Shown here: one piece after another, positions 1 through 13,436 of the stretch
Numbering within the stretch: the stretch's first letter is position 1
Layout of the letters: the number at the start of each line of letters is the position of its first letter
DNA from: Isurus oxyrinchus
Lineage: Eukaryota
Assembly: GCA_026770705.1 (NCBI GenBank)
Contig: JANJGN010000035.1
Coordinates: 9,610,001-9,674,000, forward strand
Direction of reading: 5' to 3'
Length of the DNA stretch: 64,000 nt
Made by a program: the position numbers and the translations under genes
Notes under the pieces: generated by a model
Database searches by the model: none
Told to the model about the DNA's origin: nothing
What the model saw: only the letters and a program-made list of their open reading frames with translations

Positions 1-2107
1 GCTAACGTGATAGATTTCGAACAGACATAGCAAGTAAATGCAGGGCACTCTTAAGCCGCTGAAGGCTATTAGCAGCAGCAGAATTGCACTCGAACTAAAC
101 CTGTAACCTCATGGTCCAGCAGATCTCCCACTTTAGCAATAACATCAATTCAGGGGATCAACACTGCTTCAACGAAAAGTGCAAGATGGCATGCCAGGAG
201 CAGCACAAGCCATACCTAACGATAAGGTGTCAACGTGCTGAAGCTATAAAAGACGATTACTTGTGTGTCAAAGAGCACAAGCAGCAAGTGATGGGCATAG
301 CTAAGTGATCCTACAGCCAACCAGTCAGATTTAAGCTCTGCAGTCCTGTCACATCCAATGGACACTTAAACAGCTCACTGGTGGAGAAGGGCCCACATGC
401 ATCGTCATCCTGAATTCTGGGGCAGCCTAGCACAATTATGTAACATTTAAGAATGAAGCATTCGCTACAACATGAAACTATAGGTGCCAGGTGGATTTTC
501 AAGACCTCTGCAGGCCCCCAACATCAGAGATGCCAGTATTCAGCGAATTCGATTCACCCCACGTGATTTCAGAAAACAGCTGAAGGCACAGGATACTAAA
601 AAGACTGTGGGCCCTGACAATATTCCCTGAATAGTACTGAAGGTATCTGCTCCAGATATTGCAGCGCCCCTAGCCAAGCTGTTCCAGCACAACTACAACA
701 AAGGCATCGACCCAGCTGTCTGGAAAATTACTTTGGAATGTCCTGTACACAAAAAGCAGGACAATTCCAACTGGGCCAATTGCAGTCCCATCAGTCCTCT
801 CTCGATTATCAGTAACATAATGGAATGGGTCCTCAACAGTGCTACTAAGTGACACTTCTTTTGCAATAACCTGTTCACTGATGCCCACTTTGGGTTCCAC
901 CACAGCCACTTAGCTCCTGATCTCATTACGTCCTTGTTTCAAACATGGAAGATCTAGCTGAACTCCTGAGGTGAGGTGAGAGTGGCAGTCTTTGACATCA
1001 GAGCAGCATTTGAACTATGGCATAAATGATCCCGAGCAAAACTGGAGCCAATGAGAATCAGGCGGAAAACAGTCCACCCAATTGGAGTCATACATAGCAC
1101 AAAAGAAGATGGTTGTGGCTGTTGCAGGACAGTCACCTTAGCGCCAGGAGATAACTGCAGGAATTTCTGAAGGTAGTGCCCTTGGCTTAACCATCTTCAG
1201 CTGCTTCATCAAAGATCATCCTTCCATAATAATGGCAGAATTGGGGATGTTTGCTGATGATTGCACAATGTTTAGCACGATTCCCAACTCCTCAGATACT
1301 GAAGCAATTCATATCCAAATACAGCATTACCTGGACAATATCCAGGCTTTGTCTGACAAGTGGCAAGAAACATCCGCACTACACAAGTTTTTGCTAATGA
1401 CCATCTCCAAATGCATAAAATCCAAACAGCGCCCCTTGATGTTCATTTGCACTACTATTACTATCAACCTCCTGGGAGCTATCATTGGCGAGAAATTGAA
1501 CTCGAATAGCTGTATAAATATTAAAGCTACAAGAGCAGTTCAGAGGCGACAAGTTGTGTATTGAGACGTCATCTCCTGACTCCCCAAAGCCTGTGCGCCA
1601 TCTAGAGGTTTCAGGTCCAGTATCTGGTGGAATAATCCCCACTTTCCTGGATGAGTGTAACTCCCACAACACTGAGGAAGCTGGAAACCATGCAGGACAA
1701 AACAACCCGCTTCTTTCGCACCACAGCCACAACAATTAGTTCCCCCCAAATCCGACGCACAGTAACAGCAGTGTAGGAATTCACCAAGGCTACTTACAGA
1801 GCACCTTGCAAACCCACGACATTTAGCAACTAGAAGGACAGAAGATAGATGGATAACAATTAAATGGGGAAGCCATTAACTGGATATTCCCCTCCAAGTA
1901 ACTTACCATCCTGACTTTGACATATATTCCTTTCCTTCACTGTCTTTGGAGGGGAAAAAAGCTGGACCACTCTTCTTAACAGCACTGTCGACTGCAGCGG
2001 TTCAAGAGGGACTTCACAATCACCTTCTCAAGGTCATCTCTGGATGTGCAATAAAAATGCTGGCCTAGTCAGCGAAGCCCACATCCAGTGACGAATAAAG
2101 AATAAAA
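1..2107 (+). mobile_element. Degenerate CR1/L2-clade LINE ('family A'), ORF2 RT region plus 3' tail
   Basis: ORF 1232-1564 reads ELGMFADDCTMFSTI...LDNIQALSDKWQ (RT [Y/F]ADD motif); upstream LAKLFQHNY...PAVWK; ends in caataaaaatgctggcctagtcagcgaagcccacatcc...gaataaa tail. Confidence 0.9.
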
Positions 2108-2149
2108 TACTGCCACTCTCTATGTTTACAACACTCTCAAACTTCACAT

Positions 2150-5030
2150 GTTGCGGAAAAATGAAATTTCTCCCTGCAGATGAATGTCTGGTTTATAAAT
2201 GTGTGTCAGGAAACGCAAGGGTCCCAATGCCGACACAACACTATATTCTTTGCTCCAGCCAGAGTAAGAGCAGTTGACTCTTGCTCTCTGCATGCTATTT
2301 CTGGCCAATTTTGTTTCAACATTGCTACTATGACTTTTATTGCATGAAAAATAATTATTTCTCACAATCAGTGGCGTAAAACTCTATCAAAAGCCTTTAG
2401 TAATTCCTTGCACACCACATCAAAAGCATGACCCGTCGAATGTTTCAGTTACCTCTTCAGATAACAGCAGCATATTTGTCAAACACTATTCCACCTTTAT
2501 AAATCCATGCAGGGTCTTCGTTCTCAAACCAATTTTCTTTTCCCATTCGGTCCCGAATAATTGTTCCAAGAATGTTACGCACCCCTGAAGATAAATTCAC
2601 TGGCCTGTAATTCCAGTGTTATCCCTACAACATTTTTAAACAAGGGCTATTTTTTGCAATTCTCCAGCCCTCTGGCAACTCCACAGAATCTAGCGACGAG
2701 TGAAAGGTTATGGTCAATGCCCCTAAAATTTCCAATCCCACTTCCCTTGATATCGTTATTCCCATCTCAATCAGTCCCGTGCCTTGTCAACGTATTCAAC
2801 ACTTCCTCCTTTTCAAATTTGAACTCTCATAGTGACAGAGTTTCCTCGCCTGTCACCGTGGGCTGGGTAGCATCTGAATTATTGCTAAAGAGAGATGAAG
2901 TATACTTTTTTGATACCGCAAACATGTCTGCTTCTTCTATGTGCAAATGGTCCTTTAGATCCCTCATCGGCGCTACTCTTCCTTTTACCATTCCATTAGT
3001 ATATTTCTTCCTCCAGATTATATTAGGATTCCCCTTCATGTTGGCTGCCAATCATTTCTCATAATCCACCTTCACTTCTCCAATATGCGTTTTCAAAACG
3101 GCTCTTAACGTTTTGTATTCTCTTTGGCTCTCAATTATATTTTGTACCTGACACCTGTCTTAAGTGCACGTTTTCTTCTTTATCACAAATTAAATCTACT
3201 ATTTCATCCATGAAGCTCTGTATTTGCTTTCCCTAACTTACGCTTTCGATGGAATATAGCTTGCCTGTGCTCAAGCCAATTATTTCTTGAAGCTTTCCCA
3301 TTGTTCAGCGACAGATCATTGTTTCAACCTTTCCTTTCAGTGAATCTGGATCCACATTGTTCTTGCTCCATCGAGGTCGGCTCTCGTCCACTTAATTGTT
3401 TCTACTCTGGATGCCTACTGTCCATTTTTATCATCATCCAAAAACCTACAATGCAATGCTCATGTTTCCTAAATGTTGATCTACTTTGCCCATCGCATTG
3501 CTTAGAACCAGGTCCAGGTCTTACCTTGTTGTATTGGGCACGTTACTCCTGTACATAATTCTGCTGAACACAATCTAGGATCTTTTGCCTGACTCTGCAA
3601 TTTACACTACACCAGTCTACATTATTGTAAATAAATCACTCTTTATAACTACACTATAATGCTTTTATATCATTGTAATACCATATAGACGTGGGCTTCA
3701 ATGTCCTTCTCACTATTTGGCGGCCTTTTGACTACACTTGGCCAAGTTTTGCATGCGTTTTTCTGGTTAACTCCAGCCAAAATTATTTTATCCTTGAACC
3801 TTTCGGGATAGCCTTTGCTTCTGCACTGAACAACTCTGCTTAAGTAACACCGCCACTTGTCCTCCTATCCTTCCTTTCCTGTCTTCTCTGTACACAATGT
3901 AAACAGGAATATTCAACACGCAGTTCTGCCCTTCATTGAGCCAGGTCTCTGTTAACGCCACAAACTCACATTTTCACATGACAACCTGCGCCTGCAACTC
4001 CCCAAGTTTAATTAGTATACTCAGTGCATTCCAATACATGCATGTAAAATTAGTTATCTATTTTTTTACGGTCTCCCTTACCCTGGCATTATTCATTTAC
4101 ATACTATTCTCTACATTAGTGTAATCTCTCCCGCCCAGTAATTTTTGCACCCTGGTATTCCTCTCTAATATTTCCACTTGGGCCCAACACAGCTACTAAG
4201 TTATTTTAAAGCCCTCTTAACAGCACTAGCGAAAGGCCCAGCAAGGAACTCTGCCCAGCATTGTTTAGATGCAAACCTTGTACAGGTTGCCATCTCCCCC
4301 ATGGCCAATCTCAGTGTTCCAGAAAGCTAAAGCCGTCCATGCTTCACAAACTTTCCAAACTTTCATTTGCTGTACAATCTGAATTCTGTATTCACTGTCA
4401 CGTGGCAGCAGCATCAACCCAGTGATAACTATATTTGGGAGTCTGTTTGCGAATTGTCTTCCTGGCAAAGTACAATAGGATTGCTGCACCGAATCCCCCT
4501 TCCTACGTAAGTAATTGGCCCCAATGTGAACAACGACCTCGGCCTAAAACCCTCCGCCCAAATACTGCCCTGCATCAGCTCCTTGGTATTCTTTACCTCG
4601 GCACCAGGGAGGCAACATTGCACCTTGCAGTCAGGCTCACGGCCCGAGAGACACCTTTCAGCTCTATTAACCAATGAATCCCCGATCATTAATGTTCTTT
4701 GCTTCACCTTGCTCACCTACTGTAAGGTTTTCCATTTTGGAAGACGGCGCGGGTGTGTGTTCCTTAGGGCAGTGCCGTCAGTCCCAGGTTTGTGGCAAAA
4801 TGAGCAGTTCACTCGTGTTGCCACAAACTTGGTTCTGTCTACGCTGCCCAAAGGAACCCCCACACTCATCGTCTTCCAAAACAAAAAGCCGATTTTTGAG
4901 CGGATCCCAGGGCGCTCTTGCACGACCTGCCCACTTCTTTTTGGACTGCCTGGTGGTCACCCATTATGTCCCTGTCTCCAGGCACGTCATACATATTTCA
5001 ATAGCAATTTTCTATTTAACATGAAGTGAT
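2150..5030 (-). mobile_element. Degenerate CR1 LINE: ORF1 SGNH esterase, APE endonuclease region and start of RT
   Basis: 4429-4716 RTLMIGDSLVNRAERCLSGREPDCKVQCCLPGAEVK (CR1 ORF1 esterase GDS...CCLPGA); 2827-3051 AANMKGNPNII...GRVAPMRDLKDHL (CR1 ORF2 tether). Confidence 0.85.
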
Positions 5031-5149
5031 GCATAAGATCTGCAGCTGGCAAAACTGTCCATCTTGTCCCCCATCTCAGGTAACGCTTGTCCAACACATG
5101 TAGGATTTAAGACAATTGAAAATGCAACGTAACCCAAAATTATATGGAA

Positions 5150-5283
5150 AATGTAAGGCTTTCAGTAAGGGAAGGTACACACATACTGATCTCAGTACGT
5201 TTGCCTTTTTATTTTCAAACTCCAACATATGGTGACCTGTTGTGGCAGTGTCTTCTTTATGCATTTCTTTTAAACATCTGCAT
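5150..5283 (-). pseudogene. 5' remnant of an NLR NACHT exon (pre-NACHT helical segment) on the minus strand
   Basis: Acceptor gtttcag|at; DV*KK.HK/KTLPQQ resembles the shark NLR exon start DVQQKHKETL; later TEISMCVPSLTE resembles NNIAIVPSLLE in the + strand NACHT exon. Confidence 0.45.
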
Positions 5284-5420
5284 CTGAAACATTATCAAAC
5301 AAATAATTTCAGGCAGCTGGCGAACTGAAAATCTCTGTCTTCTAATTGATGAGTCAGTGACTACATGCAGGTGCTGAGCATTGTGAGCTAGTGGCTTGAG
5401 TATTAATTGCCGGAACTCAC

Positions 5421-5490
5421 TCTGTCCTAAGTTTTCTCAATGTGATATAGCTGGCAACTATTTCCATCTGCCAGCGGCGCAGATGCTACA
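5421..5490 (-). pseudogene. Putative NLR linker exon (minus-strand gene)
   Basis: aaaag| acceptor and perfect |gtgagt donor; WQMEIVASY shares QME with the + strand linker exon SEFQMETL; lies just upstream of the NACHT-start remnant. Confidence 0.35.
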
Positions 5491-5727
5491 CTTTTGAGAT
5501 TGAACAATGCTACTTAACATTGAGCGATGGAGGGGTTGCGGGATGGTGATGGGGGGTGGAGGTGGGGGGCTCATGGCTGGCGGTTGTAGTGCCGTCGGGG
5601 CTGTAGAGTGCGGCGATTGTGATGAAGACAAAGCAAGATGCTCAGGAAAGCTATATACTTGAAATCAATAAAATCATTAGCGAAGAGCATTCGTGTGAAT
5701 GATGGAGAAGAAATATAAACACTGTGG

Positions 5728-6790
5728 CATTATGACCACAGCCGATATTATGTACTGAGGCAGCAAAATCCTAAATGGAAACTTGTCTTGCTTATCATAA
5801 CCTGTCTTTTGTATTTTTAAAACAAGGGAACGAACAACTGATCCCAAAATTATAGATTTCCCGCAAACTTTTTATATTTCTAACCCTAGCAGCAAGAAGA
5901 AAACATACTTATCCAGAAAACATTAAATTACACACTTTAACAAATAATTACAGCTCCCTCCAACACCCCAATCACCACCCCCACCACCACCCACCCCCCC
6001 ATCCCCCCACCCCCACTTCAACCTACCATCATCGCCCCTTCCCCCCACTCACATACAAAACAAATATAACATTTGGCAGGTACAGATTTATACTAGTTGG
6101 TTATCTGCCTGGCAACCGCTCCCTTATATATTGTGAACAATAAAAATTATTCAGCATTACCCAAGGCAAAACGACTGGCACTTTCCTAATATCTTTACCA
6201 CACTTCTTCTTAATCTCTTCCACTCTTGTGCAAAACGAAAAGAGTTCAGAAATAAAGCTGAATGAAAACAAGTATGTTTTTTTTGCCTTGAAAGTGGATC
6301 ACTGCTTAAAATTTATATTTTTTCGGGAGAAAGCTGATCTCATGCCGTCAACCACACACAGCCATACAACTCAGCTCAACATCGTTCTTTAAATATAAGC
6401 TGCCCCTTACATCTTGGATTCCAATGTGAAGAATGCTTCTTTGAACTCAACTTTTTCAAAGTATAACAATACTTAATGCCAATTCCGGCATAATGAAATG
6501 TAATGTACTTCATTTTGCTTTTTTTGCTCCTGAAGCATTTGGATTTTGCAATAGTCCCCTTGGAAAACAAACAGCTGGAATGTCAAGTCGCTTCCTGTCA
6601 TGTTATGCAAATTTTTAAAAGCAACCTATTTACTTGTGAATCTACTCCACCAGAACCTCTCACAAATTATGCATGCATCTAGCACCTTTATGTTTCATTT
6701 TTCAGTTCCCACAGAACCGCTGTGTTACTAGCCTTCACCAATTTAATTAATCATGGACAGACCCAGACGCACACACGGATGCGCATATAG
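5728..6790 (-). repeat. 3' LTR of the Gypsy element (contains a C-rich stretch at ~5960-6050)
   Basis: Shares blocks with 11843-12689, e.g. cgaaaagagttcagaaa, caactcagctcaa, ttcagttccca, ggaaac(t/c)tgtct. Confidence 0.75.
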
Positions 6791-6844
6791 ACCTGCCTTC
6801 ACGGACTATCGCCATTTTGCCCATTATATTTTAAAAAAGATCCC

Positions 6845-7860
6845 TTACTAAGTTAACTTTAAATGTTTCCTAGTTAGCTCACATGCCCTACTCAATCTTT
6901 CTTTACACTTTTCCATTTAATCAAGGAGAGTTGTTTTCAGAACTTTGATTGACTAATTTCTCCTGAATCAGTTTGAGTGGTATCCTTAGTTCATGACCAC
7001 ATGTTAACTCGAAAGGACTGAACTCTGCTGACTCTTTAGAGGAGTGCCTAATAGCAAACAGGAAAAATAGAACTCCACGATTCGAAACATTTGGGCAGTC
7101 TTAACCAAATGCTCTAATCGTAGTCTTTAAACTTTGAGGCCACATTTCTAAAGCACCTTTTGAGACTAGGTAACAGGTCAACAAACTACGTGGCTTTAAT
7201 CCTAGGATGTTCATTACATATATAAATAGCTGTGGCATTAAATTTCAACTCTGATCACAAAGGGTTTTTCAGTTAACTTCGAGTTGCAAATTATTCTCTG
7301 ACTTGCCTCCAATGAAATTTTTGACTTATTCCGGAAAGGTTTTTCTTCAGGTAATCTTGTGGGCATACCAATGACTGTCAGTAAATAATGACACATTTTC
7401 CGCCTTCAGGGCCGATCCTACATAATCCAAGGGGAAGGTTCCAGAATTTTCGTGAAACGCTGAATTGGAATTGAGGGTGAAGTTTTAAGTAAGGTTAGAA
7501 TTTTACTGCCATTTGCCGTCTGTGTCATGGTTGACAGCATTTAACCATCTTTAAGTATTGCAAAAAAATAAAAAAAATTGTGCATCATAGCTGGAGATTT
7601 TCATAATTCCCACATGCCCAAACATCAAATTTTCACCAGTCACCCTTACAAGTTCATTCCGGTGCCTTGACAAACTCCCACTTGGTGCTCTCTCGTCATC
7701 TTTTCATTTTCTGGGAAATTAGACACTCTTCACATCACATTTAAAAAATTTTCTTTAAGGTAAGAACAATATGGAATGTATTCTGCCTCTGTTTCTGAAA
7801 ATCGAGTCTAATATACTGACTTAACTCTGGATCGTGCTGCTGTAATTCCAACACCTTCAA
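6845..7860 (-). pseudogene. Retroviral-type integrase (zinc-binding plus catalytic core), decayed
   Basis: Translates LELQQHDPEL..SETEAEYIPYC..GHVGIMK..LDYVG..YLLTVIGMPTRLPE..CDQS*N..SKGALEMWPQSLKTTIRA..FLFAIR..FSPFELTCGHELRIPLKLIQEK. Confidence 0.9.
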
Positions 7861-8249
7861 TGACCTAAGCACCCTAGCCTCATCTTCTATAACCTGCTGC
7901 TTCAGAGTAGCAAAATTCAAATATTTGTCCAGGTGATGTAGGTCCAGTATCCTCCCTCTTATTTTATATTCTTCCTCTTTCTGTTTCAGCCTGTCTGTCT
8001 ATCAATTCGACAACACACAATCTGCAAAAATTCCACGATATGCTTTGAGTAAAACGGATGATAAATGCATCAGGACAAGTTCCTCTTTATAACCGGGGTA
8101 GTCAATGTAAACAATCTAGCAATTTAATTTCCTGGATTAAATGGGACTATTTATCCACCACTCCATTAAATCATCTCCCTTGTTTCAATATAATTCTTTT
8201 CTTTTACCTAATGCATCGAAATGGGTTTTAATCCTATGTGAAATCAGTT

Positions 8250-9050
8250 AACACTGTATCCTTCCATAGGCCTTCTGAACAGCAGATAGCATAACACGAA
8301 TTAATGGCCAGTTCCTGCTTTTCCTTCGATTTTAACAGTCTTACCTGCTCTTCACGGAACATATTGTTAGAATTTAACTTTGCACGTAATATCTTGAAAC
8401 ATCTCTATTACTTGCCATTAAGAACGTCTTTGGCTAGTTTGTGAGCATATTCCCATCTCTCTGGCTAACGACTCTTCCTGTTTCACTTGTACAAAGGCGA
8501 TTAGTCTGTCTTGCACCTGGGTCTCAGAGTCCACAGCACTTTTAAATGCAGAAGCCTCCTGAGTTGATATCACTGCAATTGTTATCCCTTTTAAGTAAGA
8601 GTAAATTGATTTTTTATGTCCAGACTTGCTAAAATGCTCACATATTACTTTCCTTAGTTCAACTTTGTCTTCTAACTTTCCATCTTTAACAGAGTGTAAT
8701 CCTCAGACAGGCACGTTGTTACTTACACTTTTACAATGCCTACCATTCCTTGCTGCCTCCCACATGTTATTTTACCTGCCCTCAATTGTCTGCGTGAAAA
8801 ATATGACAGCAGCTTCCTTAATATTGTAACTGTCTCCATCATCCAAATATGGCTTGAAAGCGTTAGGGACATGGATGGGAGTTGTGCACCGTTATTTATC
8901 GACCCATTGTTCCAGAGGCTGTTACATAATTTCACCCACAAAATTGCCCAATTACTTAATTTCCATATTGTTACTAGGAGCATGAAGTGACTGGGATCTG
9001 CCTTCCCTTCTTTCAGTAAAATCAGTGATTTATTATAAAATATTTTTAAA
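8250..9050 (-). pseudogene. Gag C-terminus (CCHC zinc-knuckle remnant) and aspartic protease remnant
   Basis: KVICEHFSKSGHKKSIY (degenerate CxxCxxxGHxxxxC); GKTVKIEGKAGTGH aligns to VKILRDTGAS with the catalytic D lost. Confidence 0.65.
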
Positions 9051-9119
9051 TGCAAGTTAGTAAACAGATTTACATACAAGTTGTGATTTTGAAGTGTAAC
9101 GATTTTCCACTTTTAAAAG

Positions 9120-11085
9120 AAGCTCATACTCCAGCATCATACACTGTCACATGGCACAAAACAGGACAACTCTTCCCAATTGACTTGAGCACTTTTAAGA
9201 TCCCAGCTATAACTTCCTGAGTGATAGATTCTAATAACATCCCCACAACAGACGTCAAGCTAACTAGCCTATAGTTTTCTGGCCTCTGCCTGTGTTCCTT
9301 CTTCAATGGACCGGTTATATTTGCTACCGTCCAATCTGATGGAACCTTTCCAGATGCTAGAAAATTTTGTAAAGTTCGCACCAGCAGATAAGCTACCTGA
9401 TTAGCTGCTTCTTTTAAGACCCTAGGATGTAGTCAACCGGAACCCGCATGCTTATCAGCCTATAGCTCCAAAAGTTTGTTCAGTACCTTTCGCCGATTGA
9501 TTTCAATTTCACCAAGTTCTTTTCCCACGTTCACCTCCTGATAGGCAGCTATTATTGGAATGTGTTCCTTATCGTCCATGGTGAACTCTTAAGCAAAATA
9601 TTTGTTCATTACTTCTACCATTTCCTTATCAGCTACTATTACCTGCCGTCACTCTCAAGTGGACCAATCCATACTTTACGTCCTCTTTTCCTTTTCAGAT
9701 GCCTATAGAATCTCTTGTTATCAGTTGTTACATGTCCAGCTAATTTCCTCTCATATTCCAAATTATTTCTCCTGATTAACCTTATAGTCATGATCTGCCG
9801 TTCTTTACATTCTGTCCAAATATCTGTCTTGGGGGTCAGCTTTGCGAAGTGGTATGATTTTTCCTTATGTTTGACACTTCCATTTCTATACATAGCTAGC
9901 CAAAGGATTACATATTATTATACTTCAAATTCACTTTCCCTAAACACCCCGAATTGTCCCGTTAATCGTCTGCCACTGCTTCTATATTGATCTGTCCCCT
10001 AGCCTAGTTACCCAGTTCACATAAACTAGCATAGCTTTCTCCCCAACATAGTTGTCCTTACTAAAGTTTAAAGTACTAGACTTAGACCGACCTTTCACAA
10101 TTGCAACCTGTAAATTTTAATCATATTGTGGCTGCAGCTACCTAGGGGTGCCTTTACCCTGAGGACATTAATCAACGCTGTCACTTTTAGGAATACCTAA
10201 TCTAATAACCTGCGTTCTGGTTGGTTCCATTACATGCTTCTCTAAGAAACTATCTCGAAAGCATTATAAGAATCGTCATTCAGGCTACTACTGCAATTTA
10301 TGTGTAGTTTAGATCAACAATGAGTATCCATCCTTTTATCACAAGCACGCAGCTTTCATTCCCTTCAATAATTTGCGCCACACTCTTGCTACTGTTTGGC
10401 AGATTGTAGCGCACTCCGAGTATTAACTTTTTTTCCACTAATATTCCTCATCCACACTAACCCATTCTGTACCCTGATCTCCTAAATCATGACATTCTCT
10501 AACTATTGCAACAATGGCCTACTTGATTAACGTTGCTACCCTTCCACCTTCACCTAGCTTCTGATTCTTCTTGGATGTCATGTACATTTCTACATAATGG
10601 ACCCAATCATTCTTGTTCTGCTGAAGCATCTCCATAATTGCAATGAGATCACGTTTATTGACTTCAATTTATGCCATCAATTAAGTTACTTTGTTATGAA
10701 TGCAATGTGCATTCAGATAGACAACCTGCAATTTTGTATTTTTGTTAACTTTGTGACATATAGTCTTGACTCTTGATGTATTTTTAGATTTTTATCTGTG
10801 TGCCCCATCCTGCCATTCTCTGGCCCTCATTTCTGTTTACTGTTTTGCTCACCTGTCTTGACTCGACACCTTGAATCACCACCTCCACCCAAACAAGGTC
10901 CCTCATCCCTCTTCTTCCATGTGAAGACCTGCCTACGTCCCTGGTTATGTGATTTGCGAGGATAATCCTATCAGCACGGTTCAGCTGTAAACCATCCTAA
11001 CGGTGCAGCCCCAATATTCCCCAGCACTGATACCAGTGCGACAAAATCCTAAACCCACTCTCTAATATCATTTGTCCTATGCCAA
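9120..11085 (-). mobile_element. CR1 LINE fragment (end of ORF1, APE, RT N-terminus) inserted in the Gypsy gag
   Basis: 9124-9381 LQNFLASGKVPSDWTVANIT..ENYRLVSLTSVVG; 9639-9893 LEYERKLAGHVTTDNKRFYRHLKRKR..IGPLE. Confidence 0.9.
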
Positions 11086-11099
11086 TTTGCATAGATTTT

Positions 11100-11712
11100 T
11101 AGTTAAATTAAATTCATCAAAGGAATCAAATTCATCAATTGAATTAATATCCCTCCTTCCTCCTTTATTATAAATTATCATTCAGATAATCCACATATAT
11201 GGTGTATTTCTCTTTCTGAAGCTCTCTATATCTTGATTCTCGCTCTCCTCATTTCTCAACTGTTCTCTCTGAAGTTCAAGTTCAAGCTTTCACATTTACA
11301 TTTCTTGCAATCTTTTAGTTTTCATTTGTTCATTCTTGTACGATTGAAACTTTTTCATTTCTATGTTTTTTCATCTACCCTTGTCTCATTCAAGTCGTTT
11401 ATGTCATTTTATATTTCTTTTGCTTCCTCTTCAAGTATCTGCTTTAACTTAACTGCTTCTAGATTAAACTGCTTCATTTGCAACTGAAAATTTACAACCC
11501 CCAGCTGTGACACGTTACTTTCAGGTCGCTTTCCTTATAAACGTATATGCTATGCAAGTACTTTAACCGTATTAGCCTCATGAACTTCCCCTTTTGTTTT
11601 TACTTGCACTTGATCTGCTATGTGTGTTAGCTGATAGTCAGTCATAGTTTTCAAATGCCCCACAGTCACATCTTCCACTCCCTGAAAGGTCGCGCTAATT
11701 ATCACAGCCAAT
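11100..11712 (-). pseudogene. Gag N-terminus and coiled coil of the Gypsy element
   Basis: SATFQGVEDVTVGHLKTMTDYQLTHIADQV...FQLQMKQFNLEAVKLKQILEEE, typical of vertebrate Gmr1-like gag; contains in-frame stops. Confidence 0.7.
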
Positions 11713-11822
11713 TTGCAGTCGAAACATTTTTACATTCACAGTGCAGAACCCCTGACTTCAGTGCTCTCTTCATACTCATATCCTTTAAATTTACAAATCA
11801 CAATTCAATCCAGCAATGTTAA

Positions 11823-11840
11823 CTCCATAAGGAGCCCCAA
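11823..11840 (-). promoter_or_regulatory. Degenerate primer-binding site, tRNA-Pro-like
   Basis: ttggggctccttatggag versus the canonical TGGGGGCTCGTCCGGGAT, directly after the LTR end. Confidence 0.55.
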
Positions 11841-11842
11841 AT

Positions 11843-12689
11843 CGGTCACATGCGCAGGTGATGCTATTTGCTGTGCAAGCCAAAGTACAGAGGGAAACCT
11901 GTCTGGCCGGTCATGCGTTTTGTGTGCGAGCCTCTTGAAAATGAGGAAAATAATTAATCATCCCAGTAGCATTTAATTGCAGCAAAATTCTTAGGTTTCA
12001 TTTTAAATTAAATGATTTCTTAACAAGAAGAATAAGAATAACTTAGATACACATAATTAAAATGCAGTTATAATAGCCTGAGTAAATATTCTTCCACGCG
12101 TCACAGCCTTTCACTCTGCTGCGAAAATCGAAAAGAGTTCAGAAACAGACTGCTGCCTGTGAATAACGACATTTTGACTTGAAATTAGACAGCTTCTTCA
12201 AACTTACAATCTTTCTCAGAACACCGCTGTACTCAGGACACCTCTACCACATAGGCATGCAACTCAGCTCAAAATATTTATTTAAATAACCTATTATTGT
12301 TTTTATCTTATAATTCATTGTCCGAATAACATATTTAAACTCATTTTTTCCCAAAATATTAAACCAGTTAATGTTTTACCAATGCCTCCACTTTTGGGGA
12401 AACGTAATAATTTTCCATTTCTCCCTTCATAAAGCTCCAGTACTTGTGTTAAAATTAAATTTTGAAACTCAATAACTGAAAAATCATGCTCTTACCTATC
12501 ACGTATGCATATTTTGTTAAAAGCAGCATATTTACTTAAAGACCACTCCAACAATGCCTCCAGTGACAAATGCATTCTTCTAGCAATTTTTCCTTTCATC
12601 GTTCAGTTCCCAGAGGCAAGCCGTATTTACTAAACTTTCCCCAGTTTTATTCATGATGGATAGATATACACACAACATTATTTACAACA
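11843..12689 (-). repeat. 5' LTR of the Gypsy element
   Basis: Direct repeat of 5728-6790; starts tgttgt on the minus strand and is followed by the PBS. Confidence 0.75.
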
Positions 12690-13436
12690 TATCACCCCAT
12701 TTCCAAAAATATCCTACAAATTACACAATTTTTCAAATTAGTTTGCATTTGAAACTATTGTGACTTCCGTAGGAACCAGCAACGTTTGCCAACTGAATAC
12801 TGTCGCTTGTAAATAATTGTAGATTAAATGCAGTTCAAATTTTCTATTCCATTGAAAATTCAATTATGCACGAGGAAACCTTGAGGATTCATTCACTTCC
12901 TCTGGGCGGGTAAGCTAGATAAACAGGTTGGACAATGGAAACACAGTGAAACTCCATTAGGAAGATTTATAACAACTCTCAGTGAAGATTTATCTCAGTG
13001 TGATGGAAAGGTTAAGGAAACATTCATCACCCGTGGCTAAATTAGGCAGTTAAGAATAATATAAAATTGAAAGAAACACTGTTCAAAACTGAGAAAATCA
13101 GTGGAAGGTCGGAATATTAGGCAGGTACCACAGCTCTGGATGAGCATAAACACGGCCACAATATGCAAGCAATTACATTGTGGAAGAAAGCTTGCGTCAG
13201 TTATAAATACAATGAAAGTATGAGTTTCTGCAAATAATAAAACAGGAAAATAATATGTAAAGCTCGTGATTGCTCTTTAGGGAGCAAATGTTTGGAATTA
13301 TAAATGTAAAGAAATGACATAGCAGAAGCATTGAATATTATGCTGTGTTCCACTTCCGTAGTAGGCTTAGAACACTTTCCAAATGCACTTAGCCATCATG
13401 AAGTGATAAAGAGATACATTTTTTTTTAATTATCAC

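Larger units (their letters stand above)
5728..12689 (-). mobile_element. Gypsy LTR retrotransposon, Gmr1-like order (gag-protease-integrase), RT/RNase H absent, CR1 nested inside
   Basis: Two diverged direct repeats flank gag, zinc knuckle, protease and integrase remnants; tRNA-Pro-like PBS just inside the right LTR. Confidence 0.85.

Noticed and set aside
2561-5029. 167-aa ORFs at 2561-3064 and 4526-5029
   Set aside because: Antisense shadows of the minus-strand CR1
6120-6760. Protein-like minus-strand frames duplicated at 12060-12660
   Set aside because: The frames are not conserved between copies; the duplication is explained as LTRs
11233-11487. Hydrophobic membrane-protein-like ORF
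   Set aside because: Antisense of the purine-rich Gypsy gag coiled coil
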